From contig CAUYUJ010000182.1 in the NCBI GenBank assembly GCA_963575745.1, positions 62,001 through 117,154 of the forward strand: a DNA stretch of 55,154 nt. Reading direction: 5' to 3'. Below the pieces are notes generated by a model that did no database searches, was not told the origin of the DNA, and was given only the letters and a program-made list of their open reading frames with translations. Positions 11,621 through 21,004 of this stretch are shown piece by piece; the stretch's first letter is position 1; the number at the start of each line of letters is the position of its first letter. Origin of the DNA: Prorocentrum cordatum. Lineage: Eukaryota. A program made the translations under genes and the position numbers.

Positions 11621-13973
11621 TGCGCTGCTCTTGACCTGCTCTTGACCTGCGCTGCTCTTGACCTGCGAAGTCGTTACTTGCATCTTAGCAGCGCGCGCGA
11701 AGCCCTGCAAGAACGTCACGTCGCCTTGGGCTAAGATTGAACAGCCACGCCCACTGCAATGACGCCTGGGCTACCAAGCGCCGGCTACGTTGAACGGGGC
11801 TTGGGCTATTCTAGAACTGCACGCGCAAAGGGCTGCGCCGTTTCGACATGTTCTTGATCGGCGCATGGACTGCGGCGGTGGCAGCAGTAGGCCATGGGGG
11901 GAGAGTGGTACGTCCGCCCTGAGCGGATGCTGTGGTATTCTGAAACTCAGAAGACGACGGCCTGACCCATCTTGCGCTAGCATGGGCGACTCGCGCGCTG
12001 CGCCGCAGGCAAAGACGGGCTGCCGGCCGCCGAGAGAGCAGCTGCTTTTATTCATCTGCGCTTGGTCAATTCTTGAGCTGTGATGCGCGCTCACAAATCA
12101 CCCTGTGCTACACGTGAGACAGAACGTGTACACTGCGCTTAGATGCCGACGCGCCGTGGCATGACCATCTGGTATGATACGCCCGCGCTACAAGCCCAAA
12201 TCATCATGGCCAATCATTGTGCCACTTTGGGGTTCGGGGCGGCAAGCACTTGTTCGGTTCCGACTGAGAGCAAGGCAACATGCCGCGGCGACTTAGCGTC
12301 GCGTAGCCATGCGCTCCAGCAAATTAGCGCTCCGTGGCACGGGCACGAGGTGCGCGCAGGCTCGTCTCTGCCATCGCTGGGCTATGGCGGGCCAAGTGCA
12401 TAGCCGCGCACGGCTTTCCCTGGGCGGCGATTGGTTTGCGCGATCGATTGCCCAAGCCACCTCGAAGCATTGATGAAGTACTGCTGTTCTGGCCCCGAGA
12501 GCGGGCCATGCTTGCCCGACAGCAGCATTCCCCACATTGCCGCGCTGCTGCGCTGAGGTTGGGGCTGCGAAGTCCTTAGGCCTAGGCCCTGCAGAAATGC
12601 AAACGACACGCGTCGAGTCCTACGCGCATGGCCACGCGAATCGCAAAGCCGTTCTGGACCTCACTTGGGCCAGACACCGACAGCGTTGAGCTGCGGGCGC
12701 AGGGGTGCCTGGCCCAAGTTTGCTGCTCCCATCGCATGCTCAGTCGTGCGGAGGAACAGCAAATTATCATTGAGTTTCGCCAGACGCATGTCGGCGATGC
12801 CCCGACGACGTCGCCTTGCGTGTTGTTCCTACTACAGTGGGTCGTCAGCGTTGTCTTCTTGGGCGAAGCCAGCGACAAGGCCTGTGCTTCCAGTGTTTGT
12901 CGACCTGGTTTTGCGGACGTTCGGGGTGCCCGATTCGCCACGTCGCGTGACCATCAGCATGCGCGACCGAAAAGGGTCGCGGCGCAGTTTACAGCGTCCA
13001 GCGATGGCCACATTCATTCGCTTCAGCGCAGCCCGCGCGAATCCACGACGTGACGCGCAATGCAGCGCGCGAGCAAGAGTACCTAGCTTTGCTTAAGCCA
13101 AGGCTAACATATCGTGCCGTAAACAGAAAGCTGTACAAACAAGTTAGCGGTATGCGCTTAACCAAATATGCGCTCTCACAATAAAGGCCACTTGCTGCAC
13201 GGACGCGCGTCGCACTTACAGGCGCCACGCGTATGGCGCATTCGAGGCACAGCGCAGCGCCAGTATACATTGCAGTGCATACAGCACGCGCGCTGGGCAT
13301 GAGCACACACCAACGAATATCACTGGCTGGCGAGACCCCCCCAACGGGCCTCTGCAAGGGTTCTGGGGCTCTCAAAGTTCACGTGGTTGCAAATCACATG
13401 TTGCTGTCGCTTGTCGGCGCTGCGCTACGTGTTATGTTTTCTCGAGGATGCATGCGCCAACGTTTCGCAATGATGGGGGTAGATTGTCTAAGCGTGTTGT
13501 TTCTGAGGGCTCTCGCAGTTGGTCTCTTTCAAGAAAGCCCTAAGGCGGCGCGTCCGCACTCTGACTTGGTTGCTCGAATGTAAAGAACACAAGCGGTTTC
13601 ACGCCGACTTCTCGCGACCACGGCGTTCGAGGCCGCGGCGCCACATCTGAAGACCCGATGCGGCGTTGAGGCCCCGACCGCCGCGTTGTCCGGGACGGAC
13701 GACGTGAAACCGCGAAAAAAGTGGTCAGTCGGTACCAGGGCGTTGTTGTTTTTTGTTTTCTCGTGGCCTATTGGGGTCCCTCGGGGCCTATCCCAAAAAC
13801 TGTTCGGCGGGAATCTCTGTCGTGCTGGGGGCTTGTTGTTTGGAAAGGCCGCAAGTTCCCCCCAGGGCTCAAGCGGACGGAAACCAATGAAATGTCCAGC
13901 GGCATGGCCGTCATTATGACCGCACGATCCGTGAGAGCAACATTTGGATTTCGAATTCTCCATTCGCTTCCGT

Positions 13974-13995
13974 ATCGTAGCCATTATGATTCAGG
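13974..13995 (+). other. Relic dinoflagellate spliced leader (DinoSL-like)
   Basis: ATCGTAGCCATTATGATTCAGG versus DCCGTAGCCATTTTGGCTCAAG, 17/22 ungapped, ending 76 nt before ATG 14072. Confidence 0.7.
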
Positions 13996-14071
13996 GTTGT
14001 TTTCTCGACGCACCTTGCGGCCCAGGGTGAGGTGCGCGTCTCTTCACTTAACGGAGCGCCCCTCAGCAACC

Positions 14072-16693
14072 ATGTCCGTCTCTGGAGACGACGTTGACGC
14101 AGCGGAGATGCGGCCTCCTACAGCCCCGCCAGTGGCTCGCAGGAGGAGTTCTGCCAGCGATCATGCTGCTCACACCAAGGCCGAGTTCGCAGGCGCATGC
14201 TACTTCTGCCAGGAGCCGTTGCGCCCTAAGGACAACACCAAGACATGGCACGGCTACGTCTTCCACGCTAGCCCGTGCTGGAACAACATTCGGGCTCGCC
14301 AGCGCGTCTGCTATACCACCCAGAACGGCCTCAGGCGCGAGCTCGAGTTGATGAACGGCGATCCTGAGAAGTGGCGCTGCGAGGCGATGCAGTTCGATCG
14401 GCCTCACTTGGATAGCAACCGATTGCATGCGCGCGAAGCTCTGACGAAGCAGCTTGCAGACTACGTGCTCGAGCTGCAGCGCATGGCTGAGCTGACCTTG
14501 ACTGACACCGCGAAGTACACCAAGGCACAGTACAAGAAGGCGAAGTTGAGGGGCATGGATTCGGACGAGGCGAGCGCCGACTGGGACAGTGAGTACGCAG
14601 AGCACCCGACGGTCAACAAGAAGGGCGAGACGTGCATTGCCATTGAGGGCCCCGAGGTGACCAGGAAGTTGGAGGGGACGGAGCGCCAGGGCGTGAAGCG
14701 AGGTCTGATCGAGTCGGCGCCTGGAACCTCCTCTTGGAGCTCAGGGGCGGCGTCTTCTGGTGGCGATGGGGCTAGTCCAGCTTCGGGGCGAACTGGCGGG
14801 AAGAGCGGCGCCAGCCTGACGGAGATGAACATCCAGCGCCTCACGGATGCATTCAATGAGATTAGAGAGGATGACGTTATCTCAGTGGTGAGCACGCGCG
14901 CTCGCGGTTCACGCGGCGCCCGCTTGGCGCCGCAGCTGCAGCCGTCGCAGGGCTTCCTGAAACAGAAGGATGACATCGGCACCACGCTTCGGGAGATCGT
15001 CTCAAGCATCGACGGCAGCAAGAAGGAGATCGGCGCGATCAAGAAGCTCCAGGCGCTGCACACCAAGGCCGTGGAGAAGAACATTGGGGTGGGGGGTCTA
15101 CCTCATGACGTCAGCACGGTGATCGGCGACCTCTCTCGCGTGAGCTCGTTGGCCAAAGGCGAGCTCGAGAAGATCGGCCCCGCCAAGGTGGATGCAGTTC
15201 CATCTCTCGAGGAGGCGCTAACGAACATCCAGAAGCAGAAGTCCACGTGCCTCGAGCAGGTGCAAACTCTCACGGATCAGTTGAATTTCAAGTTCCAGAA
15301 GGCTTGCTCTGAGCAGAGGTCCGAATACCAGAAGAACCGCTGGGAGAAGACGAAGATCCAACATATGCTCAGCAAAGGAGGCTTTGGCCTGAACTTGTCC
15401 AAGTGGGCGTCGGAGCAGATCCACAGCACGGATAGCTTTAGTGGCGCCAGCACGGATGGCATGATCTGTTTGTGTGAGAAGGCGCAGCTCAACCCCGAGG
15501 ACGGTTCCTTCGACGTGGCCAAGCTGGCTCTCTTCACGGGCGAGAGCCCCAACGAAGACTGCCAGTCGCATAGTGTGTGGTGGGGCATGAAGTTGCTGCT
15601 GGACGATGCCGCGAAGGTCTTCATCGACAGCAAGATCACCAGCATGAAGGCTGAGATGGCCAACCACCCGCTGTGGCCAGGTGCGATGGGGGGGGTGTCA
15701 GATTGCTTCGCAAACGTCGACGCGGTCGCCACCTTGGGCGCGCAGAGCACCAAGGAGAAGGGCTCGGAGTGCTGGCTCGTGTGTGCGAGAGCTGGCGTCT
15801 ATCGCATTGGTCCTCAGAGCGTGCCCATGCCAGGCACGCCATCGATCCTTGTCGCCATGGACAAGCCGCTCTTGGTCCACGCCGTGCGCATGAAGGACTT
15901 CTTGGGCCAGGGCATCGCCGTGAACAACTACGAGCAGTTCCTCGCGACAGCGACGGGAGCAGACATCATCAAGCAGTCAACGTTGGTGATCGTCAACCCA
16001 GGGGACAGCTTGTACGTTCCCACGGCGTGGTGGTGGTCCTTGACGGTGATCGCGGGGCTCCGCGACACGGTTGCATCAGACGAGTCGAGGGCGAAGGGGC
16101 CACCGAAGGCGAAGGCGAAGGCTTCCGCCACGGCTCCAGCTCCAGGTCAGGACACGGTCGGCATGGCCACGGTGGTGCCAGTCTACTCCCCGTCGCTTTG
16201 GGGCGCCGCCCAGAGCAATGAGCAGGGGGCGATCGTCGCTTTGAACAAGGCCCACTTCGACACGAAGAAGTGTCGTGCGATGTGGGATGAGCGTGCCGCG
16301 GCATTCGGACAAGTGTTTGCCACCTCGTCGGTGAGATGGAGCTTCGAACCTAACAAGGCCCATGGCTGCGCGCTCTGGGTCAACGCATGGCAGTCCCAGC
16401 TGGTGGCACGGACATTGATGCGAGGCCCTTGCAAGCTCAGGGTGGAGTGTTTCATCAGACATGGGCGCCCGAGATCCCTTCATCAGGGCGATCGCCGTGG
16501 CATTTCATTCATTGCCTCCCCCACCTCATCATGCCAATGTGTTGTTGCATATGTGGAGCTTCGCTCTATGCACCCTGATGTTTATAATACCTGGAGCTTC
16601 GCTCTCTGCACCCTGATGTTTACTATTCCCAGAGCTTCGCTCTCAGCACGCCTGGTGTTAAGTATATCTGGGCATTCGCTCTGTAAAGCTTGA
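14072..16693 (+). CDS. Intronless hypothetical protein: N-terminal Cys/His motif, predicted coiled-coil middle, C-terminal cupin/DSBH-like motif
   Basis: Long open frame with GC3-rich codons from ATG 14072 (MSVSGDD) to ~16330. Motifs CYFC..HASPC and IVNPGDSLYVPTAWW. The 13721-14071 extension and the tail after ~16330 look non-coding. Confidence 0.75.
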   Translation: MSVSGDDVDAAEMRPPTAPPVARRRSSASDHAAHTKAEFAGACYFCQEPLRPKDNTKTWHGYVFHASPCWNNIRARQRVCYTTQNGLRRELELMNGDPEKWRCEAMQFDRPHLDSNRLHAREALTKQLADYVLELQRMAELTLTDTAKYTKAQYKKAKLRGMDSDEASADWDSEYAEHPTVNKKGETCIAIEGPEVTRKLEGTERQGVKRGLIESAPGTSSWSSGAASSGGDGASPASGRTGGKSGASLTEMNIQRLTDAFNEIREDDVISVVSTRARGSRGARLAPQLQPSQGFLKQKDDIGTTLREIVSSIDGSKKEIGAIKKLQALHTKAVEKNIGVGGLPHDVSTVIGDLSRVSSLAKGELEKIGPAKVDAVPSLEEALTNIQKQKSTCLEQVQTLTDQLNFKFQKACSEQRSEYQKNRWEKTKIQHMLSKGGFGLNLSKWASEQIHSTDSFSGASTDGMICLCEKAQLNPEDGSFDVAKLALFTGESPNEDCQSHSVWWGMKLLLDDAAKVFIDSKITSMKAEMANHPLWPGAMGGVSDCFANVDAVATLGAQSTKEKGSECWLVCARAGVYRIGPQSVPMPGTPSILVAMDKPLLVHAVRMKDFLGQGIAVNNYEQFLATATGADIIKQSTLVIVNPGDSLYVPTAWWWSLTVIAGLRDTVASDESRAKGPPKAKAKASATAPAPGQDTVGMATVVPVYSPSLWGAAQSNEQGAIVALNKAHFDTKKCRAMWDERAAAFGQVFATSSVRWSFEPNKAHGCALWVNAWQSQLVARTLMRGPCKLRVECFIRHGRPRSLHQGDRRGISFIASPTSSCQCVVAYVELRSMHPDVYNTWSFALCTLMFTIPRASLSARLVLSISGHSLCKA
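16555..16644. repeat. 38-bp tandem repeat, ~2.3 copies
   Basis: GAGCTTCGCTCT(A/C)TGCACCCTGATGTTTA units start at 16555 and 16593, with a partial copy at 16631. Confidence 0.9.
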
Positions 16694-17725
16694 TTGCATG
16701 TCGAATGGCATTCTGGTGCGCCATGCCATTCGACATCCATGTGGCGGGTTGTTGGGTCCGCGTGGCCTTTCAAGGGTGCCTTCGGGGCCCGCGCCCTCGC
16801 GAGCAAGGGATGGGGCGGGAGGGCGGGCGCGATATAAGACAACTACGTTGGGATCTGGGGAGGCTGGGGGCGAGGGGCACAGAGGGGCACGGGGTAAAAG
16901 GTCGGAAGAACGAACGAGGATGGAGGCATGATACTTGGGCGGGAGGGCGGAACGATCGCCCGTAGGACGTGCGCTGGAGGCGCGGGGGTGGCGGGGGAGG
17001 GCGGTCGCGCGGGAGGGGGGCGCGCAGCCGTCACTGACGGCTGTCGTGATCGAGTTCGGCTTTGCCGCTGCGGCATCCGAGCCGTTTACTGGACGAACCG
17101 CCCGCGTGCACTCATGGTCCAGCGACGCGCCCGTCGCGCGGAACGAGCGGCCAGATGCTGTGGCCGTGTCACAACGTATGGCCGTCGTTCACGCGCCGCG
17201 GGCGCATTGGCGGACTTTGGGTGCGAGCGCGGGGTGCGTCCAGCAAACGACGCACGTGCCGAGGTGGCGGCGCCAGACTCGATCGCGAGTGCTGAAAGTG
17301 AATGTTGTCCTGCGTGGCGCGCTTGAGGGTGCTTACGTTGACAACGCGGCCGCGCTGCGCGTCCCATTAGAGCGCGATCTCGCGAGCGCGGGCCTGCGTC
17401 AAAAGGCGTTCGGATGTTCGATGCGCTGATCTTGGCGTTGCGGGTTCGTTCGCCTCGCCGCGCAATCGCAAATTGACGACTCGTTCGGGCGTGGGCGCGC
17501 GATGCGTGCGCGTCACCACTTGCGAGTAGCATTGCGTCGGCGCGTGCGCTATTCGATGAAAACGTGAATGAATTAGAACATAAAAAACAACGAACACACC
17601 GCCGAACTATGCGGCTTGGCAGTGTGTTGTTTTTTTCCGTAGAAGTTACATGATGTGTTGAGCGTTTCTGTAGCGGATGGTTGCTTGCCAGCGCTTTGAC
17701 CGTAAGTCCGTGCCTTGCCATCCGT

Positions 17726-17890
17726 GATAACAGGTTTGCCAGAAACATGGTTGCCCGAAAACGGGTTTGCCAGATAACAGGGTTCACCACTCATCACATT
17801 TTCCGAAATACCGACGTGCAGATGACACATGTGCCAGATAGTATGTATCCCGTAATAACAGATTCGTCATATAACAGATTTGCCAGATAA
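17726..17890 (+). promoter_or_regulatory. Cluster of ATAACAGRTTTGCCAGATAA-type boxes upstream of the nuclease gene
   Basis: Copies at ~17726, 17766, 17832 and 17871; the same motif recurs at 19508-19551. The regulatory role is inference. Confidence 0.45.
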
Positions 17891-17993
17891 TTGATGATAG
17901 ATTGACGCGCGTACAATTGCAAAACATGTTTAGATGGGTTGCCTTGTATATGATTGCCGTTGGCTCAATCTTGTATTCGTGAGATCTTACTGA

Positions 17994-18059
17994 CGTGGCT
18001 CAGCTTTGCTGGCCTGTTCACTTTCCGCGTCTTGGCGTGGCTCAGCTTTGCTGGCCTGT
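17994..18059 (+). promoter_or_regulatory. Two copies of a conserved 24-nt 5' hairpin motif (CGTGGCTCAGC-TTT-GCTGGCCTGT)
   Basis: Identical copies at 17994-18017 and 18036-18059, upstream of ATG 18115. Confidence 0.6.
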
Positions 18060-18114
18060 CCACTATCAGTAACTATAGGACCAGCTTTGCTGTCCTATCG
18101 TCTCGTTGTCATCA

Positions 18115-19318
18115 ATGGCCGCTCCTGTCTCTCGCCAGATCCTGGTGTGTTTCAACCACTTGCTGCCCGACATCGCGGCGCGCGGTGTGCCGCTGGAGAG
18201 GCTCGGCTTCAAGCCTGGCGACTGGGGCAGCGGAGTCGCCTCGGCTGTCGCCGTCGACGCGTGGGACTTGGCCGCGCCGCTGGAATACGGATTCAGAGCG
18301 ACCGATCGCTGCGCCAAGGTCCTTTCCGTGGCGGTGGCGGCGTTGAGTCGCCCAGTTCAGTGGCCGACCATGAATGCCATCGCCCAGCCGCAGTTGGGCC
18401 GCCGAACCGTTAAGAGCTGTCCCCGGTGGGCGCAGTCGTGCGCGTGCGCAGTGCCCGCCGGGGGGGGGGCGCGAACAGTGACCGCGCTATCCAGCCAGCC
18501 CCGTCGCTCGAGCTTGGCGGTCGTCCTGAGCGACGAGAACGCTGCGGGCCGCGCCGGAGGCTGCTCTCCTGCACGAGTTTCTTGTGTCGCACGGTGCCTG
18601 CGACGCCGAGATCTGCGCCGAGGTGAAGGCCACTGCGAGAGCGGCTCCCCGCCTGGCATGCCTGATGGAGAGTTTATCCCTCTCGGATCCGGAGATCGTA
18701 GAGAAATGACGCCTGAACAAGGAAGAGGCGGCTAGGCGGGGCACCTGGATGCACTGGACGTTCGAGGCCCACCTCAACCGCGTTCCGGTACCCCGCGACG
18801 CCGTGGAGTTCCAGTTATTCCTGAAATACTTGGGCGCGCTGAGAGGTCTGACGGCTTTCCGCGCAGAGTGGGCCATATTCGCCGGGCACGAGGGGCTTGC
18901 TGGGTCAATCGATTTCGTGGCTCGAGACTCCGCGGGCAGCTTGTACATATACGATTGGAAGCGGGCGAAGAATTTACGTTCAAAGTACACGAACCCGTTG
19001 CAGAATATGAAGTTTCCATTGAGCCGATGGCCAGACTGCCAGGGAAACTATTACCGGGTGCAGCTCAACATTTACAGGTGGATGCTGGAACGTTACTACG
19101 GCGCCCGCGTGGCTGCGATGCATGTGGTCTGCCTGCATCCGGACAACGGCGACCAGCCATTCGTGGACGACGTGCCGGTGATCCCAGAGATCGAGGAGCC
19201 CATGGCCATTCAACGCACGAGGTCCCGAGAGTTGCGAGCCATGGCATCGGAAGACGCTAGCGAGATGGACCCTCTGGGCGGCTGGCCGCGGCCAGTCGTA
19301 GCGGCGCGCTTGCCTTAA
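18115..19318 (+). pseudogene. PD-(D/E)XK (RecB/Cas4-superfamily-like) nuclease, disrupted
   Basis: RGTWMH just 5' of ORF 18749, then FRAEW, GSIDFV..IYDWKR and YRVQLNIY. An in-frame TGA lies at 18707-18709 (EIVEK*RLNKEEAARRGTWMH) and a frameshift near 18680. The 5' extent is uncertain. Confidence 0.8.
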
Positions 19319-19507
19319 TGCGTGCGCACCGCGGCCAATTTCGATCGTGCGTTTCGCCGGCCCGCAGTGGAGGTCGCGCCCTGGCGAGGCCGTTGCGATT
19401 GCGCGCCGCCTTCATGAGGTGCCGTTGCAGCGGCGCTCAAGCTCTGCGGAAGTAGTGGTGCGCTAACGCAAGATAGAAAACAGTATTTGGTTGTTCGGAT
19501 AAATGCG

Positions 19508-19551
19508 TTTGCCAGATAACATTTTCGCGACGTAACAGGTTTTCCAGATAA
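19508..19551 (+). promoter_or_regulatory. Second cluster of GCCAGATAA-type boxes
   Basis: TTTGCCAGATAAC (19508-19520) and TAACAGGTTTTCCAGATAA (19533-19551). Confidence 0.45.
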
Positions 19552-19641
19552 TGCGAATTTCAGCAGAGGCCTGTGTCACAAGTAGTACCAGCACGGGTAT
19601 ATGCTGCCGTCGTCGTCGCAGTAGTACTCAGCACAGAGCAA

Positions 19642-19664
19642 ACCGTAGCTGTTTTTCTCTCAAG
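19642..19664 (+). other. Relic DinoSL-like sequence
   Basis: ACCGTAGCTGTTTTTCTCTCAAG keeps the SL 5' octamer ACCGTAGC, the T-run and the 3' CTCAAG; it lies upstream of ATG 19801. Confidence 0.65.
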
Positions 19665-19678
19665 GACCATCGCTTTGG

Positions 19679-19702
19679 CGTGGCTCGGCTTTGCCGGCCT
19701 GT
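19679..19702 (+). promoter_or_regulatory. Conserved 5' hairpin motif, variant CGTGGCTCGGC-TTT-GCCGGCCTGT
   Basis: Same motif as 17994 with a compensatory A-T to G-C stem change. Confidence 0.6.
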
Positions 19703-19800
19703 CATTTAACTATCTGCATCGCTAGCCCTTGCCGGCCTGCTGCGCTGCCTCGTGGAGGATCGGCATTGCTGTCCTGTGAGTTGTCCTGCACTTTGGCGCA

Positions 19801-20595
19801 ATGGCCACCGACGCGCAGCGCGCTGCCGGCCCCCCGTTTCTGAGCTCGCAGTCCCCTGAGCTGAGCGACCCCACGCCGCGCGGGAGGCCTCGCCAGCGGC
19901 GCGCTTACTCTGGCGCCCGCTCGCTGACGCCGGCGCGCAAGAAGCATCGACTGTCCTCGCGGGCTGCGCGCGCGGCTGCAGCGCGAACCCCTTCATCGTC
20001 GCCGGAGAGAGACGACGCCGCTGACATCGAGGCTTTCGCGCTGATGGTATCAAGGGTCTCAGATGAAACATTAAATTCTATCATGTCATGCTTCCCTGCC
20101 GTGCGGAGACGGACATTAGCGCGTCGTTTCGCACGGGATCAACAGATTCGCCAAGACAGAACGTTTATACTCGTGAGGCCGGTCGGTTCGAGCAGGCCGC
20201 GGGCCTCGCGTGGCCCGCGCGGCGCCGGAGTGCCCGGAGCCCTTGCTGTTGTGCCTCGCTGGTTTCAGCCTGCCAACGCAGAACTTGCCTCGGCGACAGC
20301 CCCGAGCCTAGTACACGATCGCTGTTTCATTTGCGGGTTGGATGACGGCGACGTCGACGGCATCGGCCACTATCTGGAGGGGTGCGTGGCCACGGTGAGA
20401 TCATTTCCGTTCCCAAATGTTACCCTTTTGCGCGCGACGACCTCCGCGCGGGCCATGTTGGCGCAGCGGTTGGAACCTCGCGGCGACGCATTCGCGTGCG
20501 CGCGGTGCAGCGGGGTCTGCGTCGCCTGGGAAGACACCCTGAACATAGATCTCGCTTCCGATATGCTCGGACTGCACAGGCGACAAGCGGTTTGA
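19801..20595 (+). CDS. Hypothetical 264-aa protein, Arg/Ser/Pro-rich N-terminus, Cys/His-rich C-terminus
   Basis: ATG-started ORF after an SL relic and the hairpin motif; CFICG..GHY..C and CARC motifs. Possibly degenerate. Confidence 0.4.
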   Translation: MATDAQRAAGPPFLSSQSPELSDPTPRGRPRQRRAYSGARSLTPARKKHRLSSRAARAAAARTPSSSPERDDAADIEAFALMVSRVSDETLNSIMSCFPAVRRRTLARRFARDQQIRQDRTFILVRPVGSSRPRASRGPRGAGVPGALAVVPRWFQPANAELASATAPSLVHDRCFICGLDDGDVDGIGHYLEGCVATVRSFPFPNVTLLRATTSARAMLAQRLEPRGDAFACARCSGVCVAWEDTLNIDLASDMLGLHRRQAV

Positions 20596-20903
20596 AAACA
20601 GGGGCGCGAGCCGACTCGCGCCCGCGATTGGACTCGGGGAGACGCGGCGGCGCCGGCGCCATTGCGCGGGCCCCCGTCGAGCTCGGGCCGCGATTTTCGA
20701 TCGCCACTTTGCGCCGACAAAAGCGCAACATCTCCATCATATCTAGATTCTCTTCCCGCCTTCCCATGTGTCAAACGTGGCGTGGGGCTTTCAAGTCGCT
20801 CGATATCCCCACTAGTCGAGCTCTTACACGTTCGACGTCAGTGCCACTGATGGATCGTTGCTTATCTCTCCTCATCGCTCTCCGGCTCAAGACACGCGTT
20901 TCC

Positions 20904-20971
20904 CGTGGGTCGGCTTTGCTGCCCTGTGCTTTCTTTGTCGTGCCACCTGTGGGTCGGCTTTGCCGCCCTGT
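20904..20971 (+). promoter_or_regulatory. Two more copies of the 5' hairpin motif (GTGGGTCGGC-TTT-GCYGCCCTGT)
   Basis: Copies at 20904-20927 and 20948-20971, preceded by GGCTCAAG (SL 3' end) at 20884-20891 and followed by ATG 21005. Confidence 0.6.
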
Positions 20972-21004
20972 TTTTTGTTCTACCACCTCCCCGCACTATC
21001 TCAC

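Noticed and set aside
13721..14071. N-terminal extension of the 990-aa ORF
   Set aside because: Non-ATG start, lacks the codon bias of the main ORF and contains the SL relic, so it is probably leader or upstream DNA.
18749..19318. cas4 gene call
   Set aside because: The nuclease motifs fit the superfamily, but the Fe-S cysteine pattern and other cas genes are absent.
20320..20390. Non-LTR retrotransposon C-terminal zinc knuckle (CxxCG..HY..C)
   Set aside because: Some resemblance, but no reverse transcriptase motifs upstream; left as hypothetical.
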